Below, in pieces: positions 8,656 to 18,016 of a stretch of DNA of 64,000 nt; position 1 is the first letter of the stretch, and the number at the start of each line of letters is the position of its first letter. The DNA comes from an uncultured Clostridia bacterium (GTDB taxonomy: Bacteria > Bacillota > Clostridia > Oscillospirales > QAKW01): NCBI GenBank assembly GCA_947627315.1, contig CANQVN010000001.1, positions 1,656 to 65,655 of the forward strand, read 5' to 3'. Under the pieces are notes generated by a model that did no database searches, was not told where the DNA came from, and saw nothing but the letters and a program-made list of their open reading frames with translations. Made by a program: the position numbers and the translations under genes.

Positions 8656-11451
8656 ATGCGGAATGAGGAAAAATCGGACGGTTATTATATCCCGCCCAAT
8701 TTTATAGAGGGCGGCACGCTGTTCGGCGGAATGTTCAAACTGCGCAACGTAATGGAAGCGGGCGTTTTGACCGCACTGTTCGGTCTGCCCATCCTGACGC
8801 TGAATATATCCGTAACAATGCGTATTATTCTTTTGTGCCTTACGGCACTGCCGATTGGGCTATTCGCGCTGATCGGAATTGCGGGCGAAAGCCTTTCGTC
8901 GTTTCTATACGCGGTTTTGATTTTTATGAAAAACAAGCGGATCATAGCCAACGGCGAAAAAGAAAAGCGGTTTGCAAAGCGAAAACACCGTGAGCGAGAG
9001 TCGGCGTATCTCAACCCCTGCGCGCAGTACATCCCCGTTGAAAAAATAGAAAACGGCATTATTTATACCAAAGACCGCAGGTATCTGAAAATAATCGAAG
9101 TGATGCCCGTCAACTTTTTGCTCAGAAGCGCAAGAGAGCAGCGCAGCATAATTTATTCCTTTATTTCTTATCTGAAAATAAGCCCGGTCAAAGTTCAGTT
9201 TAAGGTGTTGACAAAGCAGGCAGACATCAACAAACACGTCGAAATCGTACATAACGAGATGGAACGCGAAACAAACCCATACTGCCGCGCGTTGCAGCAA
9301 GACTATCTGCAACTGATAAACCGCCTCGGTTCACGCGAGGCGACAACGCGCAGGTTCTTTATCTCCTTTGAATACGAGCATGCCGGGCGGCGCGGCGCGG
9401 ATGAGCAGGCGGACGCCGTGTCCTCGCTTCAGATCGCCGCAAGAACAGCCGCAAACTATTTGAAGCAGTGCGGAAACGAAGTGCTGATACCGGAAAATGA
9501 AGACGAGTTTACGGCAGACGTTCTGTATACTATACTTTGCCGCAGCACCTGCACCGCAGAGCCGCTTTCCGCGCGTGTTCAGAAAGTCGTTTCAAAATAT
9601 CGGGCTGCCGGGAAGGATGTGGACGCCATTCCCTGCTCGGAGTTTATCGCGCCGGAGCGCATTGACTTTACGCACGCAAAATATGTATGTGTGGACGGTC
9701 TTTATCATTCGTATCTGCTGATACCTTCATTCGGATACAAAACAAAAGTGAGCGCGGGATGGCTGAGTTTACTTGTCAACGCGGGCGATGGGATCGATAT
9801 TGATTTGTTTTTATCCCGCCAGCCGAAAGAACGCATCATACAAAAACTCGGTCAGCAGCTGCGGATCAACCGCTCCAAAATCAGAGAAGCAAGCGACACC
9901 AACACCGACTTTGACGATTTGGACGGTGCTATACGAAGCGGCTATTTTCTAAAAGAAGGCTTGGCAAATAACGAAGATTTTTATTACATGAATATCTTAA
10001 TCACCATAACGGCCGAGACGGTGGAGGATCTGGAATGGCGGGAGCGCGAACTGCGAAAACTGCTTATTTCGCACGATATGAATATGTCCGCCTGTTCCTT
10101 TCGCGAGGAGCAGGCTTTTTTATCGGCGCTTCCGCTTGTGAACCTTGAAAAGCATTTGTTTGTACGCTCAAAGCGAAATGTTCTTACTTCGGGGGCGGCA
10201 AGCTGTTATCTCTTTACCGCTTATGAACTCAGCGACGATAACGGCATATTGCTCGGCGTCAACAATTTCAACAACTCGCTTGTCATCGTCGATATTTTCA
10301 ATTCGATGGTCTATAAAAACGCAAATATGGCTATTCTCGGCACCTCCGGCGCAGGCAAGACGTTCACCATGCAGCTTATGGCGCTGCGAATGCGCCGAAA
10401 AGGAATACAGGTGTTTATCATCGCGCCGCTCAAAGGGCATGAGTTTCACCGCGCCTGCCGCAATATCGGCGGTGAGTTTATACAAATTTCACCCGCCTCC
10501 AAAAGTTGCATCAATGTGATGGAAATACGCAAAACAGACAAGACCGTTGATGAATTGTTGGACGGAGGAAGCCCGGAGAAAAGCGAGCTTGCGGCTAAAA
10601 TACAGCGGCTGCACATTTTCTTTTCGCTGCTGATACCGGATATGTCTCACGAGGAACGGCAGTTGTTGGATGAGGCGCTTATCGTGACCTACAATCTCAA
10701 AGGCATCACGCACGACAACGCCTCTCTCAAAAATCCGAAGCACCCGGATCGATATAGAGAAATGCCCGTTCTCGGCGATCTGCACGACGTGCTGCAAAAG
10801 TCGCAGGACACAAAACGCCTGGCAAATATCCTCAACAGGCTCGTAAACGGATCGGCAAGCACATTCAATCAGCAGACAAATGTGCGTCTGGACAATAAAT
10901 ACACCGTACTGGATATTTCGGAACTTTCGGGCGATCTGCTGCCGGTCGGGATGTTTGTTGCGCTCGACTATGTATGGGACAAAGCCAAGGAAAACCGCAC
11001 GATGGAAAAGACGATTTTCATAGACGAATGTTGGTCGCTTATCGGCGGAACCGGAAACCGAATGGCAGCCGAGTATGTGTTGGAAATCGCCAAAATCATT
11101 CGCGGCTACGGCGGTTCCGCCGTGTTTGCGACACAGGATCTGAACGATTTTTTCTCGCTGGACGACGGAAAGTACGGCAAAGGAATCATCAACAACTGCA
11201 AAACCAAAATCGTTTTGAATCTTGAGGACGAAGAAGCGGAGCGCGTACAGTTCATTCTCCACTTATCCGAAGCGGAAGTGATGGAGATCACGCACTTTGA
11301 GCGAGGAAACGGACTGATAAGTACAAACAACAATAATATCACGGTTGAATTTAAGTGCAGCGACCTGGAAAAAAGTCTGATCACGACCGACCGCAGAGAA
11401 CTTTCCGAGATGGTCGGCAAAAAATTGGAGGGACTAAACGGCTCGAATTGA
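8656..11451 (+). CDS. virB4: PrgI-like domain fused to VirB4/TraE-family conjugation ATPase
   Basis: N-terminus YYIPPNFIEGGTLFGGMFKLRN plus transmembrane segments. Walker A GTSGAGKTFTMQ, Walker B KTIFIDECW. Confidence 0.9.
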   Translation: MRNEEKSDGYYIPPNFIEGGTLFGGMFKLRNVMEAGVLTALFGLPILTLNISVTMRIILLCLTALPIGLFALIGIAGESLSSFLYAVLIFMKNKRIIANGEKEKRFAKRKHRERESAYLNPCAQYIPVEKIENGIIYTKDRRYLKIIEVMPVNFLLRSAREQRSIIYSFISYLKISPVKVQFKVLTKQADINKHVEIVHNEMERETNPYCRALQQDYLQLINRLGSREATTRRFFISFEYEHAGRRGADEQADAVSSLQIAARTAANYLKQCGNEVLIPENEDEFTADVLYTILCRSTCTAEPLSARVQKVVSKYRAAGKDVDAIPCSEFIAPERIDFTHAKYVCVDGLYHSYLLIPSFGYKTKVSAGWLSLLVNAGDGIDIDLFLSRQPKERIIQKLGQQLRINRSKIREASDTNTDFDDLDGAIRSGYFLKEGLANNEDFYYMNILITITAETVEDLEWRERELRKLLISHDMNMSACSFREEQAFLSALPLVNLEKHLFVRSKRNVLTSGAASCYLFTAYELSDDNGILLGVNNFNNSLVIVDIFNSMVYKNANMAILGTSGAGKTFTMQLMALRMRRKGIQVFIIAPLKGHEFHRACRNIGGEFIQISPASKSCINVMEIRKTDKTVDELLDGGSPEKSELAAKIQRLHIFFSLLIPDMSHEERQLLDEALIVTYNLKGITHDNASLKNPKHPDRYREMPVLGDLHDVLQKSQDTKRLANILNRLVNGSASTFNQQTNVRLDNKYTVLDISELSGDLLPVGMFVALDYVWDKAKENRTMEKTIFIDECWSLIGGTGNRMAAEYVLEIAKIIRGYGGSAVFATQDLNDFFSLDDGKYGKGIINNCKTKIVLNLEDEEAERVQFILHLSEAEVMEITHFERGNGLISTNNNNITVEFKCSDLEKSLITTDRRELSEMVGKKLEGLNGSN

Positions 11452-11534
11452 CGACGCTTAAATTATAGAAACCGTCAAAGCGTTCGGATTTGTTATTTGC
11501 CGAACGCTTTTTTATGTAATAGGAGGACAAATAC

Positions 11535-12059
11535 ATGAAAACACGGGAACAGTTTTATAACCGCGAAATGGAGGAAATACTGCGGGATATCACGTCGTAT
11601 CACTGCATCCTTCGATATCAGATCTATCGCCTGTATCCTTACAAAAAGCCGGACGTTATTGACGGTATGCTGGATCATCTTGTAAGACAGCGCCGTATCG
11701 TCTACGACAAGGCAAGGGATATGTATCTTGACAGTATCGGCTCGTCTTCGGATATCGGTACGCTGACGGCTCTTTGGGTGCTTGCGGAATTTGCGGACGA
11801 GGCCGAATATCATTCTCCTGCGGACTTTCCGATAAAACTGATGTTCTTTTCAAACGGCGAAACATACGAGGTCATATTTGTACCGAGCGGAAACGAGGGG
11901 CTGATCGAACAGGCGCTTGCCCTTTTCGAAAAGGAATGCGGCAGGCGCATCGTTATCGTCGAAGACGCGGCGCAAATACAAAGGCTGAATATAAAAAACG
12001 CCGCCGCATACTGCACGGTGTCGGGCACGGGCGAAATTAAGTATTACAAAAAGGAATAG
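11535..12059 (+). CDS. DUF5697-like conjugal element protein
   Basis: 174-aa ORF with RBS, located between virB4 and virD4. Confidence 0.5.
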   Translation: MKTREQFYNREMEEILRDITSYHCILRYQIYRLYPYKKPDVIDGMLDHLVRQRRIVYDKARDMYLDSIGSSSDIGTLTALWVLAEFADEAEYHSPADFPIKLMFFSNGETYEVIFVPSGNEGLIEQALALFEKECGRRIVIVEDAAQIQRLNIKNAAAYCTVSGTGEIKYYKKE

Positions 12060-12069
12060 GGGTGATTTT

Positions 12070-12732
12070 TTGAACAAACAACAACTTTTGAGCAAAATAC
12101 GGCAGGTAAGAAACGAGGTGTCACGGCTTGATTTTACGGTTGGCGCAATGAGCGACGCCGACTTTGAAAATCATCCGGATAACTATGCAAGCCTTTCTGA
12201 AGACGCCGCGCTTTTGAGCGAACAAATCGCCTGTAAACTGCGCCATCTCATCTATTCGACCACGAAAGTAAAAAAGGACGAATACCTGGTATCCGCCGCA
12301 TCGGTACAGGGCATACAAATACACAGCGAAAACGGAATACTGGAAATAACGCTGCCCTGCCTTTTGCCAAAGCGTAAGCAAAGGCGGAGCACGGAGTTTA
12401 TCACCGATCCGCTATATTTTGCACTCAGCCAATACGCGGACGGACACGCGCTTCCAAAGTACAGGCAGTGCGTTGTTTGCTTTTCGCACATTTACAGCCG
12501 TGATCTTTTCGGAATACGGGCGCGCGACTACGACAACCTGGAACTGAAAGCGTTGCTCGATGTTATAGCTTCGTTTCTGATGGAGGATGACGGCGGACTG
12601 CTGTGCGATGCGTACAACACGACCGAACTCGGTCAATATGACTGTACGCGCATATCGGTCATGGACAAAAACCGCTTTTATGACTGGATAAAAGAGCGGG
12701 AAACCCGTTTGAAATCCATATCCGATTTTTGA
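12070..12732 (+). CDS. Hypothetical protein
   Basis: 220-aa ORF, TTG start, consistent operon spacing. Confidence 0.5.
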   Translation: MNKQQLLSKIRQVRNEVSRLDFTVGAMSDADFENHPDNYASLSEDAALLSEQIACKLRHLIYSTTKVKKDEYLVSAASVQGIQIHSENGILEITLPCLLPKRKQRRSTEFITDPLYFALSQYADGHALPKYRQCVVCFSHIYSRDLFGIRARDYDNLELKALLDVIASFLMEDDGGLLCDAYNTTELGQYDCTRISVMDKNRFYDWIKERETRLKSISDF

Positions 12733-12861
12733 CCGTTTTTTGTGATTTTTAAGGGACGGTCGCAAACGGTCCGCAAAGCCGAGAACAACGGGGCTTGAGG
12801 CGTTTAAGAATCGTTTGATTTTACCGGGGTTAATTGCCGTCGGGTATTTTTTGAGAGAGGA

Positions 12862-13989
12862 GTGATCGATATCCGGTCAAATCATTTGTCGGTCAAAGAG
12901 ACCGCCGCCCATCGGATCTTATCCCTTGTCGCCGTTGTCGGCGAACTGCCCGTAAACCAACTTATCCGTTTGTCGGGCGGAAAGGCATATAAGGAAAACA
13001 TCATCAAAAGCCTAAAAGCCAAAGGCTTGCTGCGCACGCATTATGCGGACGGTGCACGCGGCTATCGTTTGACCGCACGCGCCAAAAAGATGCTGCTTGA
13101 ACAAAACCCGAAACGGTTTAGCTCCGTGCTTTCGGGAGCCGTTGAAACCAATCATATCAAGAGTGAGATCGCAAGACGCGTAAGACTTCACCGTATTGCC
13201 GAAACGATCGTTACGATGCAAAACGCGGGCGTTTCGTTTTATGCGGACGATAAGGCGGACATTTTTTCGCGCTCGGGTTTGGCGTGCGAGCGGATCGTGA
13301 CCCCGTCATTTTACAATTCCCGCGAGATCAAAGCGATGGGCACGGCGGCGGTGAAAATTCACGGCGCAAGGTCGGTCGGCGTTCTGCTGACCGATACCGG
13401 CGTATATGTAACATACAACCTCGGCGGCTCGCTGATGAAATGGAGTTATAAAGCGGAAATGAGAACCAAAGCACTTATGCAGACAATGCTCTGCCTGGAA
13501 CGACTGCCCGAAATGTATTCGTCCGACGATATTCACGGACTGCTGTTTGGCAGCGATATGAGTTTGGCGGCAGAGATATTAGCCTGTAAGTCCGAAAATC
13601 AGTATATGCTTATTGACGGCAGTTACGATCACTTTCACTACCTCACAAACGACCGAAAGGGCGAACGGATTTTAAGACTGCTGTGCAGCGGTGATCTTAA
13701 AACACGGCTGGACGGTATTCTGCTCGATGATCTGTACGAGTCGGGCGGAAGTCTTACCGTGGAAAACGACGCCGTCGATAAACAGGGTGCGCCCGTTTTG
13801 CTTGCGTATACCTGCGATCTTCCGCGTATAAAGCGGTTTGATACCGCGCTGAGCCTTCAAAACAAAAGCGGGACGATCATATGTTTTGACTTCCAAAAGG
13901 AGACGCTGCGCCGTGTCTGCGGAGAGAACGTCCGCTTTCAGACGATAGATTTTGAAAAATGGGAGAGGAGTTTTTTTGAACCGTCGTAA
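12862..13989 (+). CDS. Replication-relaxation/winged-helix family protein
   Basis: GTG start after GAGAGAGG. N-terminal winged helix HRILSLVAVVGELPVNQLIRLSG. Immediately precedes virD4. Confidence 0.55.
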   Translation: MIDIRSNHLSVKETAAHRILSLVAVVGELPVNQLIRLSGGKAYKENIIKSLKAKGLLRTHYADGARGYRLTARAKKMLLEQNPKRFSSVLSGAVETNHIKSEIARRVRLHRIAETIVTMQNAGVSFYADDKADIFSRSGLACERIVTPSFYNSREIKAMGTAAVKIHGARSVGVLLTDTGVYVTYNLGGSLMKWSYKAEMRTKALMQTMLCLERLPEMYSSDDIHGLLFGSDMSLAAEILACKSENQYMLIDGSYDHFHYLTNDRKGERILRLLCSGDLKTRLDGILLDDLYESGGSLTVENDAVDKQGAPVLLAYTCDLPRIKRFDTALSLQNKSGTIICFDFQKETLRRVCGENVRFQTIDFEKWERSFFEPS

Positions 13990-15847
13990 AAAAATCATCA
14001 ATATTCTGATCTTTACGCCGTTGCTGCTTGCCTCCCTGCTGTACGGCGGCGGGTATATCGCCCAATTCATGCGCAACTTCAGCCGTTGGCAAAAGGCGGG
14101 CGGAACGCCCGGCGACGGCTCGTCGCCCGTTATGCCCTCTTTTGCTCCCGCAAGGTGCTTTGAGGCGATCTTTTCTTTTCCCTACGGAATCGTGGGGATT
14201 TTGATTTGTGCGGGCGTGCTAATTTTGCTTATCGTGATGGTCATGCGTATGGGCTACGGCGATACGGGAGAATACGATAAAGAACGAAACTTTATCTATT
14301 CGAGCAAAGGCACTTACGGCACATCCGGGTTTATGAGTCCAAAAGAGGCAAGCGAAATTTTTGATCTGACAAGCGATATCAAAAGACATACCGGTACAAT
14401 TTTCGGACTGTTGGACGGAAAATATGTGTGTATGCCAAAGAAAAGCCTGTTCAACCGAAATGTTGCGGTATACGGAGCGAGCGGATCGATGAAAACAAGG
14501 GCGTACTGCATCAACCGCATCTTACAGTCTGCGGCGCAGGGAGAGTCGCTTATTATGTGCGATCCGAAGTCCGAACTGTATGAAACCACAGGCGAATATT
14601 TGAGAAAGCGGGGCTACACCGTCAGAGTTTTTAACCTTGTATCTCCGGAAAGCTCCGATTCGTGGAACTGCCTGGAGGAAATCGAGGGCGACGAACTGAT
14701 GGCGCAGCTGTTTTGCGACGTCGTTATCAAAAATACAGGGAGCGAGCGCGGGGATCATTTTTGGGACGCGGCGGAGATGAATTTGCTCAAAGCACTCGTT
14801 TTATATGTGGAGCACGGCTACACCCCGAAGCGCAGAAACATCGGCGAGGTGTATAAACTTTTGACGCTTAAAAGCGAAAAAGAGTTGAACGATCTTTTTG
14901 AATTGCTCCCGCCCGGTCATCCCGCGCGTGCGCCATACGCTATTTTCCGCCAGTCGTCCGAAACCGTTCGCAGCGGCGTTATCGTCGGACTTGGTTCGCG
15001 TATACAGGTGTTTCAAAACGAGAAGATCAGAAACATAACCGCCTACGACGAGATCGATTTGGAACTGCCCGGAAAACAGCCCTGCGCCTATTACTGCATT
15101 ACAAGCGACCAGGACAGCACCTTTGATTTTTTATCCTCGCTGTTTCTTTCGTTTGTATTTATAAAGCTCGTGCGGTACGCGGATAAAAACTGTGAGGGCG
15201 GCAGGCTGCCCGTTCCCGTTCACATACTGGCGGAAGAACTTACCGCCTGCGGCGTGGTGCCTGATTTGAGCAGAAAAATATCGGTCATACGCTCCAGGCG
15301 CATCAGTATGTCGGTCGTGTTTCAAAACCTTGCGGGGCTGCAAAACCGCTATCCGTATAACCAGTGGCAGGAAATACTCGGCAACTGCGATATCCAACTG
15401 TTTTTGGGGTGCGCCGACGAGCTCACCGCGCAGTATATCAGCGACCGTTCCGGCGAGGTGAGCGTGCATGTGTCCAGTAAGGCAAAGCAACTCGGAACAT
15501 GGCGCATTTCCAACTATACGCCGGAATACCGCGAAACGAGCGGCGTCGGAAAACGAAAACTTCTGACAATGGATGAGGTCCTGCGGCTTCCCATAACAAC
15601 GGCGCTTATCATCATAAGAGGCAGGAAAATTTTACAGGTGGATAAATGCGATTACACAAATCATCTGGAGAGCAAGAAACTCATTTTATCCAAAGCCTCG
15701 GCGCACGTTCCGGAATGGTCAAAACTGAAAGAAAAGGAGATGACAAACAATGCAAAAGCATCTGCCGGGAAGGCGGGCGGTAAAAGCGCGCACGCGACGC
15801 CCACCGTAGTCAAAACGGATAAGAGCAGTATTTTAACAAGTGAATAA
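13976..15847 (+). CDS. virD4: VirD4/TraG type IV coupling protein
   Basis: N-terminal transmembrane segments, VYGASGSMKTRAYCINRIL NTP-binding loop, DPKSELYE, and VFQNLAGLQNRYP. Confidence 0.88.
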   Translation: MNRRKKIINILIFTPLLLASLLYGGGYIAQFMRNFSRWQKAGGTPGDGSSPVMPSFAPARCFEAIFSFPYGIVGILICAGVLILLIVMVMRMGYGDTGEYDKERNFIYSSKGTYGTSGFMSPKEASEIFDLTSDIKRHTGTIFGLLDGKYVCMPKKSLFNRNVAVYGASGSMKTRAYCINRILQSAAQGESLIMCDPKSELYETTGEYLRKRGYTVRVFNLVSPESSDSWNCLEEIEGDELMAQLFCDVVIKNTGSERGDHFWDAAEMNLLKALVLYVEHGYTPKRRNIGEVYKLLTLKSEKELNDLFELLPPGHPARAPYAIFRQSSETVRSGVIVGLGSRIQVFQNEKIRNITAYDEIDLELPGKQPCAYYCITSDQDSTFDFLSSLFLSFVFIKLVRYADKNCEGGRLPVPVHILAEELTACGVVPDLSRKISVIRSRRISMSVVFQNLAGLQNRYPYNQWQEILGNCDIQLFLGCADELTAQYISDRSGEVSVHVSSKAKQLGTWRISNYTPEYRETSGVGKRKLLTMDEVLRLPITTALIIIRGRKILQVDKCDYTNHLESKKLILSKASAHVPEWSKLKEKEMTNNAKASAGKAGGKSAHATPTVVKTDKSSILTSE

Positions 15848-15863
15848 AAGGAGGATTTTTATT

Positions 15864-17054
15864 ATGCCGACAAAAAAGAGCGTTACTCCCGAAACGGAAA
15901 ATTCGGAACAACCGATCATTTCGGATGCGGCGGAGACGGAGGCCGACCCGGAGGAAAAAGAACAGGATGTCAAAGAAACCGAGGAAGAGAAATCTGCCGA
16001 AGGGGGCGATGCGTCCAAGCCGAAGCGGGTACGAAAGAAAAAAGAAGAAGCCGTCCCGGAAAATCAACAGCAATCGGACGGACTTTTGCTGCCGGAGGAG
16101 CCGGAACAGGATCGCGATATCGAACAGCCTTTACCGCAAAAATCGCGTTCCGAGACTATTCTGACCGTAACGGCGCGCGACATGGTGGAAACGGAAGACA
16201 GCGAGGCGGATATGGCGTGGCACGAGATCCACACCGCTTACCGTACACGCCGTATTCTTACCGGAATTCTCGGCGGAATAGAGCAGACCGATACCGGAAA
16301 AACACTGGTCGTTGCGGATTATAAAGGATACAGAGTCGTTATCCCTCTCAAGGAAATGGTGATCAAACTTCCAAACGATCTTTCGGGTCAGGCGTACAGC
16401 GAGATGATGATCGGTCAGCATAAAAGGCTTACCAAAATGCTTGGCTCCGAGATTGACTTTATCGTGCGCGGCGTCGATTCAAAAGAGCGCACCGTTGTGG
16501 CCAGCAGGCGGGACGCCATGCTGAAAAAGAGGCAGATATTCTATATGACCGCCGACGAAAACGGCGACTATAAAATTTACGACGGGCGTATCGTGCAGGC
16601 GCGTGTCATTATGGTCATGGAAAAAGCGATCCGTGTGGAAGTGTTCGGCGTGGAGTGTACGATATCCGCGCGCGATCTTTCCTGGGACTGGATCGGAGAC
16701 GCGGCGGACCGCTTTTCGGTCGGAGACCGCATTTTGATCCGCATACATGACGTAAAGCGGGACGATATCGAAACGATCTCCGTTACCGCGGATGTGAAAA
16801 GCGTTTCCGAAAACCGCAAAAGCAAGCTGCCGCTGTGCAGAGTACAGGGCAAGTATGCGGGCAAGGTCACCGATATACATAAAGGCGTTGTTTTCATCCG
16901 ACTCAGTAACGGCGTCAACGCAATTGCCCATACGTGCCTTGACCGTCGAAAGCCCGGCAAAAAGGACGACGTCTGTTTTGCCGTAACGCACATAGATGAG
17001 GAGCAGGATGTGGCGGTCGGTATCATCACCCGCATTATAAAGCAGAATTTATGA
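15864..17054 (+). CDS. Multi-S1/OB-domain RNA-binding-like protein with acidic/basic N-terminal tail
   Basis: S1-like segments VRVEVFGVECTISARDLSWDWIGD... and YAGKVTDIHKGVVFIRLSNGVNAIAH. Confidence 0.65.
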   Translation: MPTKKSVTPETENSEQPIISDAAETEADPEEKEQDVKETEEEKSAEGGDASKPKRVRKKKEEAVPENQQQSDGLLLPEEPEQDRDIEQPLPQKSRSETILTVTARDMVETEDSEADMAWHEIHTAYRTRRILTGILGGIEQTDTGKTLVVADYKGYRVVIPLKEMVIKLPNDLSGQAYSEMMIGQHKRLTKMLGSEIDFIVRGVDSKERTVVASRRDAMLKKRQIFYMTADENGDYKIYDGRIVQARVIMVMEKAIRVEVFGVECTISARDLSWDWIGDAADRFSVGDRILIRIHDVKRDDIETISVTADVKSVSENRKSKLPLCRVQGKYAGKVTDIHKGVVFIRLSNGVNAIAHTCLDRRKPGKKDDVCFAVTHIDEEQDVAVGIITRIIKQNL

Positions 17055-17120
17055 TCTGTTGAAAAACTGCGCCGTCCGGTCGTATAAACTCGGTAAGACA
17101 AAAGCACAAGGAGGATAACC

Positions 17121-17933
17121 ATGAAAAAATCACTGATCGTCTTAACACTCATTATGCTGACGCTTACCGGGTGCGCCGGGAAAGAACCGCCCCAAGAGGC
17201 TTTGACCGAAAAGCCCGCTGAGCAACAATCGGACAACACGCCTGTTCAAGCGGAAAACGGACAGGCTTCGGCGGAAGAGCGCAAGCCCGAAAAGAACTAT
17301 GATCAGCCGGAGCTTGCCGAAAAAGACGCCGCGCCTATATCCGAGAATGCAAAGCAGACCGAACAAAATTCCGCTCCGCCCGCCCCATCCGCAAAGGGAC
17401 AGCGGCAGCCCACCGCACCAAACGAACAAAAAGAGCAACAAACACCTGCGACCGAGCCCGCCGCTCCTATTGAACCGGACACGGCGGAAATACCGAATGC
17501 AACGGCGGATGATGCGGACGCCGTCGCGGATAAATTGGCGGAGCTTATCAACGAATACCGTGCGGTGCCCGCAGAGCCGACGTCGGATTTGAACCGGTAC
17601 GCAAAATACCGCAGCAGGCAGATCGTTACAAACTATGCCCACGACACCGCCGACCAACGCGCGGCCGCCACGGCGCTTCAATACGGAGAATATATCGAAC
17701 AGTCGCTTTACGGTATGGACGGCGAACCTTACTATCAGGCAAATGTTCGGGAGGCAATCGGCAAAGCGGGTTATACCGGTACGGCGGATGAGATCGCAAA
17801 GCAGTTTTCCGACTTGATACGTAACTCCGCATCCCACTGGAATTATGTCGGAAGCGCAGACTACCGTCATATCGGGATCGGCATCACATACAGCGACGGG
17901 ATGTGGTACTGCGCCGTTGTGGTCGCGGAATAA
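17121..17933 (+). CDS. CAP/SCP-domain lipoprotein
   Basis: Lipobox LTLTGCAG, then LINEYRAV...HWNYVGSADYRHIGIGITYSDG. Confidence 0.65.
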   Translation: MKKSLIVLTLIMLTLTGCAGKEPPQEALTEKPAEQQSDNTPVQAENGQASAEERKPEKNYDQPELAEKDAAPISENAKQTEQNSAPPAPSAKGQRQPTAPNEQKEQQTPATEPAAPIEPDTAEIPNATADDADAVADKLAELINEYRAVPAEPTSDLNRYAKYRSRQIVTNYAHDTADQRAAATALQYGEYIEQSLYGMDGEPYYQANVREAIGKAGYTGTADEIAKQFSDLIRNSASHWNYVGSADYRHIGIGITYSDGMWYCAVVVAE

Positions 17934-18016
17934 AACCAAATCTATTTTTCTTAAAGGCTTCATTGCACTGCGATGGAGCTTTTTATTTTATCAAAATGAA
18001 AGGAAGATGCACAAAC

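Noticed and set aside
8462-8707. 81-aa ORF overlapping the virB4 start
   Set aside because: Overlaps the RBS and start of PrgI-VirB4, and PrgI similarity lies in the virB4 frame, so it is probably not coding.
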